From the IMG/VR virus record IMGVR_UViG_3300028557_000031, positions 1-64,000 of that record: a stretch of DNA of 64,000 nucleotides; one strand, written 5' to 3'. The stretch comes from an uncultured virus (IMG/VR IMGVR_UViG_3300028557_000031). Lineage: Duplodnaviria > Heunggongvirae > Uroviricota > Caudoviricetes. The position numbers and the translations under genes are program-made. Positions 47,536-58,526 of this stretch are shown in pieces (position 1 is the stretch's first letter; each line of letters opens with the position of its first letter). Under the pieces are notes generated by a model that had not been told where the DNA came from, searched no databases, and saw only the letters and a list, made by a program, of their open reading frames with translations.

Positions 47536-48013
47536 ATTAACAGAGGAACAACGTATTGAAGTCGAATCATTACTAATCGATAATTTAGGATTTGATAAGA
47601 TAGTATGGGTAGGACTACCTGAAGGTTTAACAGAAGATGGAAAAAAAGCAATTGTTGTTAAAACTAGAAAAATTGTGGGTCCATATGAAGAACCACCTCA
47701 TAAAGGTGAAGTAGGCTATGTTTATACTATATCATTTACTCCAAAAATGTATGAACCTGGAGAGTTATATCAACCTGTAAAAGATGGATGTGTATTTGCA
47801 CCTACTACTTACAACCCAGAAACATATGAACCAAAACAAAGTATTACATTAACATGGTCACCTGACTTTCCGCAAGACATTGATGCTCCAGCAAGGACAT
47901 ATGAAGATGACAAGCAAATGGTTAGAGATATGTTAGAAAAGGTGTTAGATAATCCTGAAGAATATAGACCAATCGGGCATATTGGGTGTTTAGTGAGATA
48001 TGCAGTAGTATAA
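47447..48013 (+). CDS. Hypothetical protein inside the thyA locus
   Basis: 188-aa ORF, followed in frame past its TAA by SHPTIKAPLSN*. Confidence 0.6.
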   Translation: MKSNLTKKLLSICGDADKTYGYNDIKSITQLTEEQRIEVESLLIDNLGFDKIVWVGLPEGLTEDGKKAIVVKTRKIVGPYEEPPHKGEVGYVYTISFTPKMYEPGELYQPVKDGCVFAPTTYNPETYEPKQSITLTWSPDFPQDIDAPARTYEDDKQMVRDMLEKVLDNPEEYRPIGHIGCLVRYAVV

Positions 48014-48258
48014 TCACACCCAACAATTAAAGCACCATTATCAAATTAAAAAATAAAAATTATGGAAAATTTACAAATCAAAATTACAATCACCGATGGT
48101 GAAAAAGAAGCAAAAACCACAATTCGTGTAAATGATTATCTAAATATGAAAAATCTTCACGGGGTTAGTTTGTTAGATTTACAAGTGGATACTTTATTGG
48201 AAGATATTAACAAACCAATCACACCCAACAATTAAAGCACCATTATCAAATTAAAAAA
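48012..48258 (+). repeat. ~42-bp direct repeat encoding a ThyA C-terminus (48012-48053 and 48217-48258)
   Basis: AATCACACCCAACAATTAAAGCACCATTATCAAATTAAAAAA occurs twice, flanking a 57-aa ORF that starts at 48062. Confidence 0.88.
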
Positions 48259-48462
48259 ATATTAAGTGAAAAAAGAAAGGGCAAGAAACCAAGTAATATG
48301 AAACAAATTTTGATTCATGATATTGTTTATGAGAGTTTGGCTGAAGCCTCGAGACAAACGGGTATTCCATCACCAACTATCTTATGGAGAATCAATTCTA
48401 AAAATAAAAAATATGAAAATTACTTGTACCACCCTAAAATCGAAGCACCCCTAAGTAATTAA
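48255..48462 (+). pseudogene. Homing-endonuclease DNA-binding tail fused to a third ThyA C-terminus
   Basis: LSEKRKGKKPSN..I.I...VYESLAEASRQTGI...TILWR (NUMOD/HTH-like) running into ENYLYHPKIEAPLSN*. Confidence 0.65.
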
Positions 48463-48464
48463 TT

Positions 48465-49004
48465 ATGGATTTTCCAATATTAGTTGAACACCCCACTTTT
48501 GGGGACTATCGTGGTAACTTTTGTGCATCACCTATCATAATGATGGGTGACAAACGATTAGATAAAAATTGGGTTCAAGTTAATACCAGTATTAGTGTTG
48601 ACCCCTTTACACTTAGGGGTCTTCATTTTCAAAATCATCCATTTCAACAAACCAAATATATGAAGCCTATATGGGGTTCAATTTTAAATTTTGTTATCTG
48701 TGTGGACAAAAAAAGACCTGATTTTGGTAAGGTTTACTCATTCAATATTGATTTAAATCACGCAGTTCTTATCCCAAGAGGGTTTGCTAACGGAGTTCTT
48801 ACTTTAGAACCAAATACTATTATTCAATATTTTGTGGATAATTCATATTCAAAAGACCATGACCAGTCACTAAAGTGGGATAGTCACCCTGAAATAAAAT
48901 ACATAGTTAATCAATTTACGGATTCTCCTATTATTTCAGAAAAAGATGAAAATGGTTTTTTGTGGGATGATTTGGTATCAGAAAAATACCATATACATTG
49001 CTAA
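48465..49004 (+). CDS. rfbC: dTDP-4-dehydrorhamnose 3,5-epimerase family protein
   Basis: FGDYRG.F, TLRGLHFQ, IPRGFANG..TLE, PIISEKD. Confidence 0.85.
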   Translation: MDFPILVEHPTFGDYRGNFCASPIIMMGDKRLDKNWVQVNTSISVDPFTLRGLHFQNHPFQQTKYMKPIWGSILNFVICVDKKRPDFGKVYSFNIDLNHAVLIPRGFANGVLTLEPNTIIQYFVDNSYSKDHDQSLKWDSHPEIKYIVNQFTDSPIISEKDENGFLWDDLVSEKYHIHC

Positions 49005-49586
49005 GAGTTTCCTCGAAGCATTTTGAATTTCCCTTTTGACTTTATCAATATCAAAGTCTTCACCCCTTTTTTCCATTACTTTCATAACGCCATTGATGAT
49101 TTTAAGTTTTACTTCATCAGCATTTTCAACAACTCTCTCAAATGCCTTGAGTTGTTCATCTGAAGTGAATTCAATATCATACGGAGAACCAAACTTTGTG
49201 GTAATATAATCTGAACCTGAATACAAAAGAGGGGACGCACCAAACATATTGGTAATCCCACTATCTCTTACATCTAAAAGAAATTTACGAATGAACGAGA
49301 TGTCAAAATTTCTAAGAATGTATTCATTATCTTGAATGTAGGCAAACTGTTGATTATTGCTAGTTGATTCGTTCAAAGACGGGGATTTTAATTTTTTCCA
49401 CGCATCTACATTAGATAATAGAGATAATTGACTTCCATTATCCCACATAACACTAATAAGTAACCCATCATCTTCGAATGGGTCTCTTGTTATACTCTGA
49501 ACGATACCCTTAGTACCTGGTGATAGAAATTCATTCTCCATATGATAGAGCATGATTCTGTCCCCAGGGTTTAGTTTTTCTTTCAT
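48978..49586 (-). CDS. Hypothetical protein (DUF4314-like N-terminus)
   Basis: GDRI.L..M....PGTKG.V...V.WDNGS.LSL; C-terminal RDSGITNMFGA. Confidence 0.55.
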   Translation of the reverse strand: MKEKLNPGDRIMLYHMENEFLSPGTKGIVQSITRDPFEDDGLLISVMWDNGSQLSLLSNVDAWKKLKSPSLNESTSNNQQFAYIQDNEYILRNFDISFIRKFLLDVRDSGITNMFGASPLLYSGSDYITTKFGSPYDIEFTSDEQLKAFERVVENADEVKLKIINGVMKVMEKRGEDFDIDKVKREIQNASRKLLAMYMVFF

Positions 49587-50252
49587 ATGATTATAAATAC
49601 TTTAGAATGTATTTATGGAAATATGAGGTATAAACGCACCAAGATAAATGAAAGTGTATTACTTTTGGAATCACAAACATCAAGTTTGGGTAAAGACTTA
49701 ATTGAAATACACGACCAAATGTCAAAAATTTTAGAAGATTGTTATCAAGTTTGGAAACTTAACGCGAAGTTCTTGGTAACATGGGGAGCCTCGTTGGGTG
49801 GACTAATTCTACCTCTGAAAAATTGGATAGAAACAAATCATCCTGAACTTTCCTACGAACAGGTCATACTTTTATTGTTAGGTATCGCATCTAACTTTTT
49901 TTACGATAATGAGGTGTTTATTAAAAAAGTTTTGAAAAAAATTCACCAAGAAGGGTTAGTGGACACATTTAAAAAAGTATTCAAAAAAACTAAAGACCTC
50001 AAAAAGTCGTTGGAAGAACTTTTATTGGGACTTAAAAATTTTACAATTAATATGTCTTCAATTGTAAGTTATGCCTTTATCCTTCCAATTCTTTCTGATT
50101 TGGTAAATATGGTAAACGAAGGTGATTTTGAAGAAAATATACAACTAATCACAACCCGTATTTTAGCCTCAGGAGTAGTTTTGATAAGTGGTGTCGTACT
50201 AGCCAATCTTTTGACCGAACTCTTCAAGAGTTTCCAAAAGACGAGTCTTTAA
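49587..50252 (+). CDS. Membrane protein; start probably Met at 49623
   Basis: Several hydrophobic segments; TATTTAT at 49610. Confidence 0.55.
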   Translation: MIINTLECIYGNMRYKRTKINESVLLLESQTSSLGKDLIEIHDQMSKILEDCYQVWKLNAKFLVTWGASLGGLILPLKNWIETNHPELSYEQVILLLLGIASNFFYDNEVFIKKVLKKIHQEGLVDTFKKVFKKTKDLKKSLEELLLGLKNFTINMSSIVSYAFILPILSDLVNMVNEGDFEENIQLITTRILASGVVLISGVVLANLLTELFKSFQKTSL

Positions 50253-50771
50253 CTCATTTTCATTATCAAATTCGTGGAATTTACCGTACTTGGTAAACCA
50301 ACGCCCCATAACTTCAACCAATTCAGAACCACAATATTCTGACTCAAACATAAAACCGTAGTATTGAGCCTCAATTTCATGAGGTTGGAAATAGTAGTCT
50401 TCAGTATCTACATTTTCATCGTCCCCAAATTCCATACCCCCCATTTCTTGGAACCAATGTGTTAGTTCATGGGTAAGGACTTCACCGATATTAGAAATGG
50501 TAAAGAAATCAACAGGTTTTGAACTCAGAAGTTTAATCTTTATGGTATTCTCATCATTGTAGTAATCACCCAAAACAATATTGTCCTGAAGGGTCTGTGT
50601 TTCTTCCCATTCAAACTCAACAATTAGGTCTTGACCGGAAAATCTGTAAGTCATATCACCACCTGAATCTTCAGGAAGAAAAAATGACCCTGAAGAGTTG
50701 AAATGGATGACAAGTTCAATGTCATCCAAGATTTGTTTAGTAATACCAAAAAGTTGTTGTTTGTCTACCAT
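50199..50771 (-). CDS. Zincin-like protein (HExxH)
   Basis: LTHELTHWFQ...Y...PHEIEA. Confidence 0.65.
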   Translation of the reverse strand: MVDKQQLFGITKQILDDIELVIHFNSSGSFFLPEDSGGDMTYRFSGQDLIVEFEWEETQTLQDNIVLGDYYNDENTIKIKLLSSKPVDFFTISNIGEVLTHELTHWFQEMGGMEFGDDENVDTEDYYFQPHEIEAQYYGFMFESEYCGSELVEVMGRWFTKYGKFHEFDNENELKTRLLETLEEFGQKIG

Positions 50772-51193
50772 TTTACATAAATTCCAATTCCATAATAAAA
50801 CTCTTGTGATACTCTAAAGATGCCTACCACATCAAAATCGTTGGTTCTGTTAGACAGTGTATTTGCAATACGAGTCTTAATCCACATTTCGGGTTTTATC
50901 TGATTGGGGGGATAACTCATCCCCATGTTTTTTTGGTATCCACCGACCATTAAACTAACATCGTTGAATAGTTTGACTTCTCCCCCAAAACGATTCACTA
51001 AGGTAAAGGGGGTAGTATAGGCGTATGGATAAGGATAACTGGTAAAGTATTGTCCCCCCACATAGAAACCGACCTTATTTACTATCTGACTGACAATAAC
51101 GGAGTTATCGGTTGGGATGTACATAATGTCATTACCCCTTTGTGCTAAAAGGGGGGTTGATAGAATAGAGAAAAGAATTAGTAGTCGTTTCAT
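50765..51193 (-). CDS. Exported, outer-membrane beta-barrel-like protein
   Basis: Signal peptide, alternating aromatic strands, C-terminal YYGIGIYVKW. Confidence 0.5.
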   Translation of the reverse strand: MKRLLILFSILSTPLLAQRGNDIMYIPTDNSVIVSQIVNKVGFYVGGQYFTSYPYPYAYTTPFTLVNRFGGEVKLFNDVSLMVGGYQKNMGMSYPPNQIKPEMWIKTRIANTLSNRTNDFDVVGIFRVSQEFYYGIGIYVKW

Positions 51194-51222
51194 CGAGAGA
51201 AATGATAAACCAAAATAGGGGG

Positions 51223-51500
51223 TTAATCAAATTCTAGAATGGAAATTTTTAAACTTCCTTCTCCTTTGATTACTCTATGCCAAACAAATTTGGGAATGAA
51301 TATTTCCTGTCCGTTTCGCATTTTGATTGGCAAGGAATCCTCCATTTGAAATCCCCAACCATTACTTTCAAGTATTGTTACCACTCTGTCTTTTTCATCG
51401 GTGTGCCATTTGAGTTCTTCCTCATCTACATCAAATGAGAACACTCTTTCTAATTTTCCTTCTTTTTCCTTTTGGGAGAATGGAAAATCACCAAGAGTTT
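51223..51500 (-). CDS. Small cupin-like protein (true start uncertain)
   Basis: EELKWHTD...WGFQM...IPKFVWHRVIKG. Confidence 0.6.
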
Positions 51501-52096
51501 GATGAAGAGAGTCCAAGTTGTTTCGCATAACGTCCGACATTGCAGCTCCAATAACCAGCCGTTGTTCTGTCTTTCTTTTGGTCACACTTATGACGGGCTC
51601 TAAATGACTTGGAAGCTTTTTTGTTATTATTTCTAACTCTAAGATTTGGGTCACCGAAGGTTACTTTTTTTACATTACCCTTATCTGATTTTACATATAC
51701 GGCAAATTTCTTCGGGCCACCTGATGTTCTGAATGGTTTGTTAAGGTCAACTTTTTTTCCGCGATATTCCGCTTCGTTAATTCCCTCCTCAGTATAAACA
51801 GGAGCATCAAGATAAACATATTCACCCTCGAACTCGGCGGTTTTACCAAGGTCTGATTCCACCATTAGGGTATCCTCTTCATTAAGGGTAATAAGACCCT
51901 CTTGCCAAAGACCACGAACTTCATTAACGAGTTTAAAATACCCTTCTGAATAAACTCTAAAGACATTGTCGGTTAAAGACAACTTGTTATCAATATGATA
52001 TTGTAAATGGTCTGAGATGTCAACATCCTCCTTTAAGACTAAAGTTGGTTGCTCCAAGTTTTCAACATATTCCAAAAGTATATCCTTGATGTTCAT
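51488..52096 (-). CDS. Conserved large-phage virion-type protein
   Basis: EAEYRGKKV.LNKP...KKFAVYV...FGDP...SFRARHKC...TTAGYWSC. Confidence 0.7.
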   Translation of the reverse strand: MNIKDILLEYVENLEQPTLVLKEDVDISDHLQYHIDNKLSLTDNVFRVYSEGYFKLVNEVRGLWQEGLITLNEEDTLMVESDLGKTAEFEGEYVYLDAPVYTEEGINEAEYRGKKVDLNKPFRTSGGPKKFAVYVKSDKGNVKKVTFGDPNLRVRNNNKKASKSFRARHKCDQKKDRTTAGYWSCNVGRYAKQLGLSSSNSW

Positions 52097-53460
52097 AATA
52101 ATATTTTAATGATAAATACTTTCATATTTATTTGTAGGGTAGATATTCATTCACTACTTTTGATTTATGGAAAATACTTTTGACAAAGAATATCAGTGGG
52201 TAGAAAAAATTGTGGACTCCTCACAAAATCACCAACAATTGGATTGTTCGAGGAATTGTTTCACTAATTTTCTGAACAAACACAAACCCAAACTCGACAA
52301 GAACCCTCAACTATATCAAAGTCTTTCAGAGGACTTCAACGAACTTTATTATAAAAAGTTTTTGAGTTTGTAAAAATTTTTTGTATATTTGTATTAAACA
52401 AAATTAAAAAGTTATGTTTAAACTAGACAAAGAAAAAGAACAAGAGGTAGTAATTTGGACTATCGAGACCAAAGAATACCATTTGGTGACTAATGAGGGA
52501 TTAGAGTTTATTGTTAGGCAACAAGATGCTTGGGAATGGGTCAACTACTATACGAATTTAAGTGAAGACGGTAAATCTATTTTGAAAGAATTCAGAGAAT
52601 TGAAATTTACAACACCACCGGACCCGATTATAGAGTTCTTTTATAACATTGATGAACATCTCAACACCTACGATTTGGAGCGTAAACCCGACACGGACAT
52701 CGAAAAAAAATAAAATAGTTATGCAAAATTTTATTAATAAAAAAGTATTAGTAACCACCCAAGGTTGGTTCTATGGTAAAGATGGACGCACATATAAGGG
52801 GGTTCATGGAACATTAAAAGCCATTCACGAAGCGGGTAAAACACTTGGATTTATTCCCAACCGAGCTCACGCTAACTGGTTCATAGAAATTGGTGAAATG
52901 ATTGTTATGGGCTGTCAAGTAATGTATATTGTAGAATGTGAAACCATTCACAATGGTAATGTTATTGATTGGACAACTGAGGCTCAAAGTGAAACCGGCA
53001 TAAAGGAATATGAACGCCCAACAGCCATTTATTCGGTATCTTAGGATTACCAATAACCTTAAACACCAAAGAAAAACAAAAAGTTATGAAAAGAAAAGCT
53101 ATTGATGTAAAATATCGTAAGACCTCGGAGTCCTTCCCCGAGTATTTGAAATATGAGGTCACCGTATTAAACGAAGACGGAACCACGGAAGTCATTCCTG
53201 CTTATGGTAAGGACCTCCAAGACGCATTGTCTCGGATTGTCCATGACGAAAAGGTAAAAAAAATTACCAATAAAACTCGTAAAGTATCTATGTATGTTTG
53301 GATGGCATCTTGGTTCGGTTATTTGGGGGCTTTGAGTGTGTGGTTTCAGCGTAGTGAAAACCCTGCAATTTTAATCGGTGGACTTGGATTTTCGGTATTG
53401 GCATTTGTTTTGGTGGCTATCCACCTAAGATTCCGTAACATCGAGAAGTAACTTTCAATT

Positions 53461-54033
53461 ATGGAATACAAAAAGCCAAATCCATGGCAGAGATTTCTTC
53501 TGTATTGGAAATTCAAATATCGTTACTATCCACGAAACTTTGTCTGTGGAGTTAAAAACTTAATTAAATGGGGTCCAATAATTTGGAAAGACCGTGATTG
53601 GGATGATAGTTTTTTGTTTGAAATTATCAAATTCAAAATCTCAAATATGTCGGAGTCACATGGTAAAACGATGCCTCATGTGGGTTCGCAACGCAATGTA
53701 GAGATTATGAACACAATTGTTCGATTGATTGATAAAATTCAAACTGAATACTATTTGCACGAACACCTTGATTATGTTGATAACGAGTACACATTTGTAA
53801 AAATCGAAGGAACAGAGTCTTTCGAGATGAAAAGAAAAAATCTTCGTGATGATTTGGACGAATATTTCACCAAATACCCTCTTTTGAAAAACCGTGCCAC
53901 GAATCATCTGTATTATCGAAAAAATCCAAGTGCATTTAGTTTGGGAATTTCAATGGGGGTGGTACAGCACGAAAGGGCGAAACGCCTTATCTTTGAACTT
54001 CTAAATCGTAATGTAGAAAAATGGTGGGAATAA
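53461..54033 (+). CDS. Conserved phage hypothetical protein
   Basis: NL..W.P.IWKDRDWD...WW pattern. Confidence 0.65.
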   Translation: MEYKKPNPWQRFLLYWKFKYRYYPRNFVCGVKNLIKWGPIIWKDRDWDDSFLFEIIKFKISNMSESHGKTMPHVGSQRNVEIMNTIVRLIDKIQTEYYLHEHLDYVDNEYTFVKIEGTESFEMKRKNLRDDLDEYFTKYPLLKNRATNHLYYRKNPSAFSLGISMGVVQHERAKRLIFELLNRNVEKWWE

Positions 54034-54734
54034 TGAAAATCACTTTTATATCCGATACGCACGCAAAACACAATCAGGTAACTTCGAGTCTACCAGGTGG
54101 TGATGTGCTTATACACGCAGGTGATATTTCCAACAAAGGTTATCGTACAGAAATCCAAGATTTTATTAAATGGTTCTCAACTATCGAAAACTATACCCAC
54201 AAGATTTTTATTGCGGGAAACCATGACTTTAGTTGTCAGGATGAAGTCTCGGTCGTCCAAGAATTACTTCGTCTTAATCCCGGTTCAGAATACCTCTATG
54301 ATGATATGTTCTTAATTGGTGACGAAAGTGCCGATTACGATGATATGGTAAAAGTTTGGGGTAGTCCTTGGCAACCCGAGTTTTACAATTGGGCGTTTAA
54401 TCTACCAAGACAAGGTGCCGAACTCAAAGAAGTTTGGAATATGATTCCCTCAGATGTTGATATCCTAATAACTCACGGTCCGCCTTATGGACACTTAGAT
54501 TATGTCACCTATTCTAAACAAAATGTAGGTTGTGAATTACTGCGAGACAGAATTGACCTTATCAAACCAAAAATTCATGTCTTTGGACACATTCACTCAA
54601 GTTATGGATATAAATTTGACGGAACAACTCATTTCTTTAACGCAGCGGTCTTAGATGAAAGGTATAATTTCACCCAAAAACCACTGAGCGTGGAATGGGA
54701 CCCCAAAACAAATGAATTGAATTTTGTAGAATAA
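54021..54734 (+). CDS. Metallophosphoesterase
   Basis: ISDTH, HAGD, AGNHD, THGPP, FGHIH. Confidence 0.9.
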   Translation: MVGIMKITFISDTHAKHNQVTSSLPGGDVLIHAGDISNKGYRTEIQDFIKWFSTIENYTHKIFIAGNHDFSCQDEVSVVQELLRLNPGSEYLYDDMFLIGDESADYDDMVKVWGSPWQPEFYNWAFNLPRQGAELKEVWNMIPSDVDILITHGPPYGHLDYVTYSKQNVGCELLRDRIDLIKPKIHVFGHIHSSYGYKFDGTTHFFNAAVLDERYNFTQKPLSVEWDPKTNELNFVE

Positions 54735-54764
54735 AAAAGGGGGTCATTAACCCCCTTATTTATT

Positions 54765-55004
54765 TTACTCTTGGTCGTTACCCTTTTTACCAAAGATTTT
54801 ACCCGCCTCGGCAATACCGAACGCACCTAAGGTAATGATAACAAATGAATTAAATACTGTGTCTGAGATTACCAACTCTTGCCCAAAGATACCGGTAACG
54901 ATATCCGCAACTGCAGCTAAACTCATAACTGAAAAGGACATAAATCCAACGATTGTTTTTTCGTTGTAGTCGTTTTCATCTTTAAAAATGTCTTTGAATG
55001 CCAT
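54765..55004 (-). CDS. Two-TM small membrane protein (holin-like candidate)
   Basis: Two hydrophobic helices and a charged C-terminus; TATTTAT upstream. Confidence 0.45.
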   Translation of the reverse strand: MAFKDIFKDENDYNEKTIVGFMSFSVMSLAAVADIVTGIFGQELVISDTVFNSFVIITLGAFGIAEAGKIFGKKGNDQE

Positions 55005-55364
55005 AATAGATTAGTGTTTCCAATAAATATTTATCAAAGTCCTAAAAGTTGTTATATTTGGTGTATGGGTGGAAGTTCCTCAAACATGGCTTATGTGGTA
55101 GAAAAACTTATTAATGCTTTAGAAAGAAAGAATATCGAACAATTCTATGGAGAGGGAACCTATCTCAAAATCAGAGATGTAATCTTTAGTCATGTCCAAA
55201 ACAATTGTTTGGTGGATTGTGTCGTTATCTTGGGGAAGGACATAGAAACCACAATGTTAGACGATGATATGACAAGAATGTTGGTTTATAACATTATGGA
55301 CAAATTATATGTCGATATGGTTGTGAATGTAATGGTGTCTTACGACGCCTGATTACTTCTTCAA

Positions 55365-55652
55365 TTAATTGTTATCTTTTTGAAGAAATTCTACTTTTAC
55401 CGTAAGTGCGGCAACTTTTTCCGTAAGAGCTAAAATGGTTTCTCTCATTTTTTCTTTTTCTTCAGAACTTTCCCTCAATAATGCCTCGAGTTTGGCAATT
55501 CTATCCCTACAATCTTGTTTGATAAAATTATCCTCATCTCTTTTTAATTCGGCCCTACGCTCATAAAATTTCCAAGCACTTGTGGAACCTAAAACTGTAA
55601 TTGCGGTTATTAAAACCGTCCATATAGAATTCATATCCATCGATTCCATCAT
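55365..55652 (-). CDS. Single-TM coiled-coil protein
   Basis: N-terminal TM segment then a heptad coiled coil. Confidence 0.55.
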   Translation of the reverse strand: MMESMDMNSIWTVLITAITVLGSTSAWKFYERRAELKRDEDNFIKQDCRDRIAKLEALLRESSEEKEKMRETILALTEKVAALTVKVEFLQKDNN

Positions 55653-55789
55653 CTAATAGTATAAATACTATTAACTTGGGTAAAACTATGAATTAAATTT
55701 TTTGTTGAACCACCGAACTTCGTTCGGTTTGGTACTAAGTATTAATTCTAGTATTATAATATATTATATTATTAATATAATTTTTTTAA

Positions 55790-56182
55790 TTAATTCTTTA
55801 TAGTAGTTCTAGTGATTTTTTTCCAAACAGAATCAGAATTAAGTCCAACTGAAATAATGTGTTCCATATTCCATTCCTCGGGGGAGATAATTGATAAAAA
55901 TTCTTTTCCATCTCGACCCTTATAAATGTGGTAAGTATTACCAATTTTTGGCTCGAAATTATATTTGCAATTATAAATCCTTTCGTTTAGTTCAATAGTC
56001 TCTTGTAATATTTGAGCCTCAACCACCAAATCCTCCCATTTCCCGCTAAAAAAGTCGTTTGCCTTGGTTACACCATATCTTTTAAAAGATGTGAGGTCTA
56101 CGGGTTCTATTTTTGGTGAAGATAGTGATGTGGGATATTCGTAAAGTGATAATCTTTTATTAGACATATACCAAGTATACAA
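55790..56182 (-). CDS. DUF2452-like protein
   Basis: YPT....PKI...Y.FEP.IG..YH.Y......FLS.I.P.EW. Confidence 0.6.
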   Translation of the reverse strand: MYTWYMSNKRLSLYEYPTSLSSPKIEPVDLTSFKRYGVTKANDFFSGKWEDLVVEAQILQETIELNERIYNCKYNFEPKIGNTYHIYKGRDGKEFLSIISPEEWNMEHIISVGLNSDSVWKKITRTTIKN

Positions 56183-56198
56183 AAAAAAAGGGAAGAAT

Positions 56199-56735
56199 CT
56201 ATTCTCCCCCCTTTACAATTGTCAACCCATGTTTAAGAAACTCCTTCGCTCGGGGGTCAAGATAGGACAATGCGTAGACTTTTTCAATATCTTTAACCAA
56301 TTCCTCACCATGTTCGTTCTCCTTATAGAGTTCGATAATTTTATCCATAGCATTGTTACACTGTTTGGTTTGTTCCTCGAAATAGTTATAAGGCTTGAAC
56401 TCTTGAAGAGTGCCGTGAATTCGAGATGCGAGGTCTACACCACCATCGGTGATTTGTGGGAACAATCTCATTGTTTTTAAGACCTCAATCATATCCACTA
56501 AGCCACGAACACCACCTTTTCTTAGTTTTATTCCTTCGATATAATCGTCAAATTCTTCATTGCCAGCTAAATCGTGAATTGATTTGGTGTTTTGTGCATT
56601 GCAGAACAGTCTTTTCCCTTCTTTAGGCTCACTTTCTCTATCTTGTGTAACCTCCATATCCATTTGCTCAGAAATGTCGTATAAACGACGAATTTCTGAT
56701 TTTTCAGATTCTGATAAAATGAATCTTTTTCCCAT
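56199..56735 (-). CDS. Probable virion protein
   Basis: N-terminal KRFILSESEKSEIRRLY motif shared with the neighbour at 56738-57028. Confidence 0.6.
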   Translation of the reverse strand: MGKRFILSESEKSEIRRLYDISEQMDMEVTQDRESEPKEGKRLFCNAQNTKSIHDLAGNEEFDDYIEGIKLRKGGVRGLVDMIEVLKTMRLFPQITDGGVDLASRIHGTLQEFKPYNYFEEQTKQCNNAMDKIIELYKENEHGEELVKDIEKVYALSYLDPRAKEFLKHGLTIVKGGE

Positions 56736-57043
56736 GATTATTTCTTAATTGATGCTGTATATCTTATTGGTTTTCCACCTTGACCGAAGTATCTATCATT
56801 ACGCGAAACAACTTCGAAAGACTTAGTTACATCGTCATAGTAGAAATCTACATTTCTCAGTATCAAATCTTGATTGAGCGATTTAATATCTTTTACTTCT
56901 TCAGAGGGAGTTTCAACCTTTTTTTTGAAACCATTCATTTCACCACCGAAAGCGACACCGGTCATTTGTTCATACATCTTTTGTATGTTTTCTTTTTCTT
57001 CTTGATTTACAATAAGTCTTTGTCCCATAACAATAAATATCTA

Positions 57044-57703
57044 TTAGTTATGAATAAAATTGACTTTATCTTTAAGGGATAATTCTTTATCGGTAAATGA
57101 AAAAGGGTCGTAATTAAAATTATCGAAGTGTTTTTTGAATACTTTGTATATTTTCGAAGCGTTTTCATAACTTAATGTGTTAACTTCGAATTCCTCGTTG
57201 TTTTTTAAAAGGTGTTCATTGAATTGGAAGTTTATATTCATCAGAAAAAATAACTCGGTGAGACTTTCCTTTATGTTTTCGAATTTAAGAACAAAATCAG
57301 GTTGTCTTTTATCAATATTGTATGGGAAAATATGCTGTAATCCACTATCGGTACCTAATAATATTTTTTCATCGACGGAAAAAATCTCTGAAACCCAATT
57401 ATTCATACTTTTAATGAAATTTTCCTTTGTATTAATCTTCAATTTCCAATTTGTCTCGGAAATTCGTAAATAATAATTTATTATGTGATAATATGGATTT
57501 CTAACTGACATTATCAGTGAATAATCCTCACATAAAGGGGGGATTTTGTCAATAAAAGATATTTTTTGTTTCGATGTGGGTATTTCAACACCCGCATACG
57601 ATGATGTTACTAAATTTAACGCCTCAAAAGCGGATGCCACCAATTTTTCTCCCATTTCGGGTTTGGTCCACCATATAACTTTATGTTCATGAGATAAATT
57701 CAT
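57044..57703 (-). CDS. Sulfotransferase-like protein (divergent)
   Basis: SHEHK..W...P, VRNPY, DF..KFEN, F..F.Y layout of the Sulfotransfer_2 family. Confidence 0.5.
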   Translation of the reverse strand: MNLSHEHKVIWWTKPEMGEKLVASAFEALNLVTSSYAGVEIPTSKQKISFIDKIPPLCEDYSLIMSVRNPYYHIINYYLRISETNWKLKINTKENFIKSMNNWVSEIFSVDEKILLGTDSGLQHIFPYNIDKRQPDFVLKFENIKESLTELFFLMNINFQFNEHLLKNNEEFEVNTLSYENASKIYKVFKKHFDNFNYDPFSFTDKELSLKDKVNFIHN

Positions 57704-58526
57704 GAATACAAAAAAAATTAATACAAGCTTCTTATTTGTTCTGAAATTTGACGGAGTTGAACCTTAAGGTGAGCAAGTTCACGAGGAGTATTTTTGTCAA
57801 TGACAGTATTTTCGGTCTCAATATCCTTAATTCTCTCTTGAGTTCTTTGAAACTGGAACATCAATTTACTGTATTGTTCGGCTTTTCTTGTGTCTGAATT
57901 TAAATTCATATCTTTTTTTTTATATTATCGTAAAAATCTCAAAAATTTAAAGGATTAAACCTACAAGACATTTTTTTACCGAATTTTCTTAAAAAAAGTT
58001 TGTGTCCAATAAGACACCCACTAAAATAAGAAACTCCAACAACAGCTGAGACAAGTATTACCCACATAAATGATTGTTTGAATAATAAATATCAAATATT
58101 TCTTTTATTTTCTCTCCAATCTAACCAAAAACCGATTCCAACAATAATGTTCATTCCAATAGACATTATTATTTCGTGAAAATCCTCATAAACATTCATT
58201 GTCAAATGTACATGACCGACAACCCAAAATGGTATTGATAGATTATTTGCAACCCAACGAATAAAAAACTTCGTCAAATCAAACATTTTTTTGGTGTTTC
58301 CTAATCAATTCATTAAGATAGGATAAAATTTCAACAGAATCCCATCTGTAAAAATATTCATCAAGACTTCTACTATCAATAAAGGGATGAGGGAGCGATT
58401 TTGCCCACCTCATCCCTTTTTCAAAGTCTTTTACGGAATAATTAAGTTCTTCAGTCGGAACCTTTGATGTCAACTTGTAATATAATCTTTTTAGTGTCAT
58501 ATTCACAAGATAAACATAAGTTTAAC

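Noticed and set aside
55707..55790. Hairpin plus very AT-rich tract as a replication origin
   Set aside because: No iterons or adjacent replication genes; the ACCGAAC-TTC-GTTCGGT hairpin could simply be a terminator or processing site.
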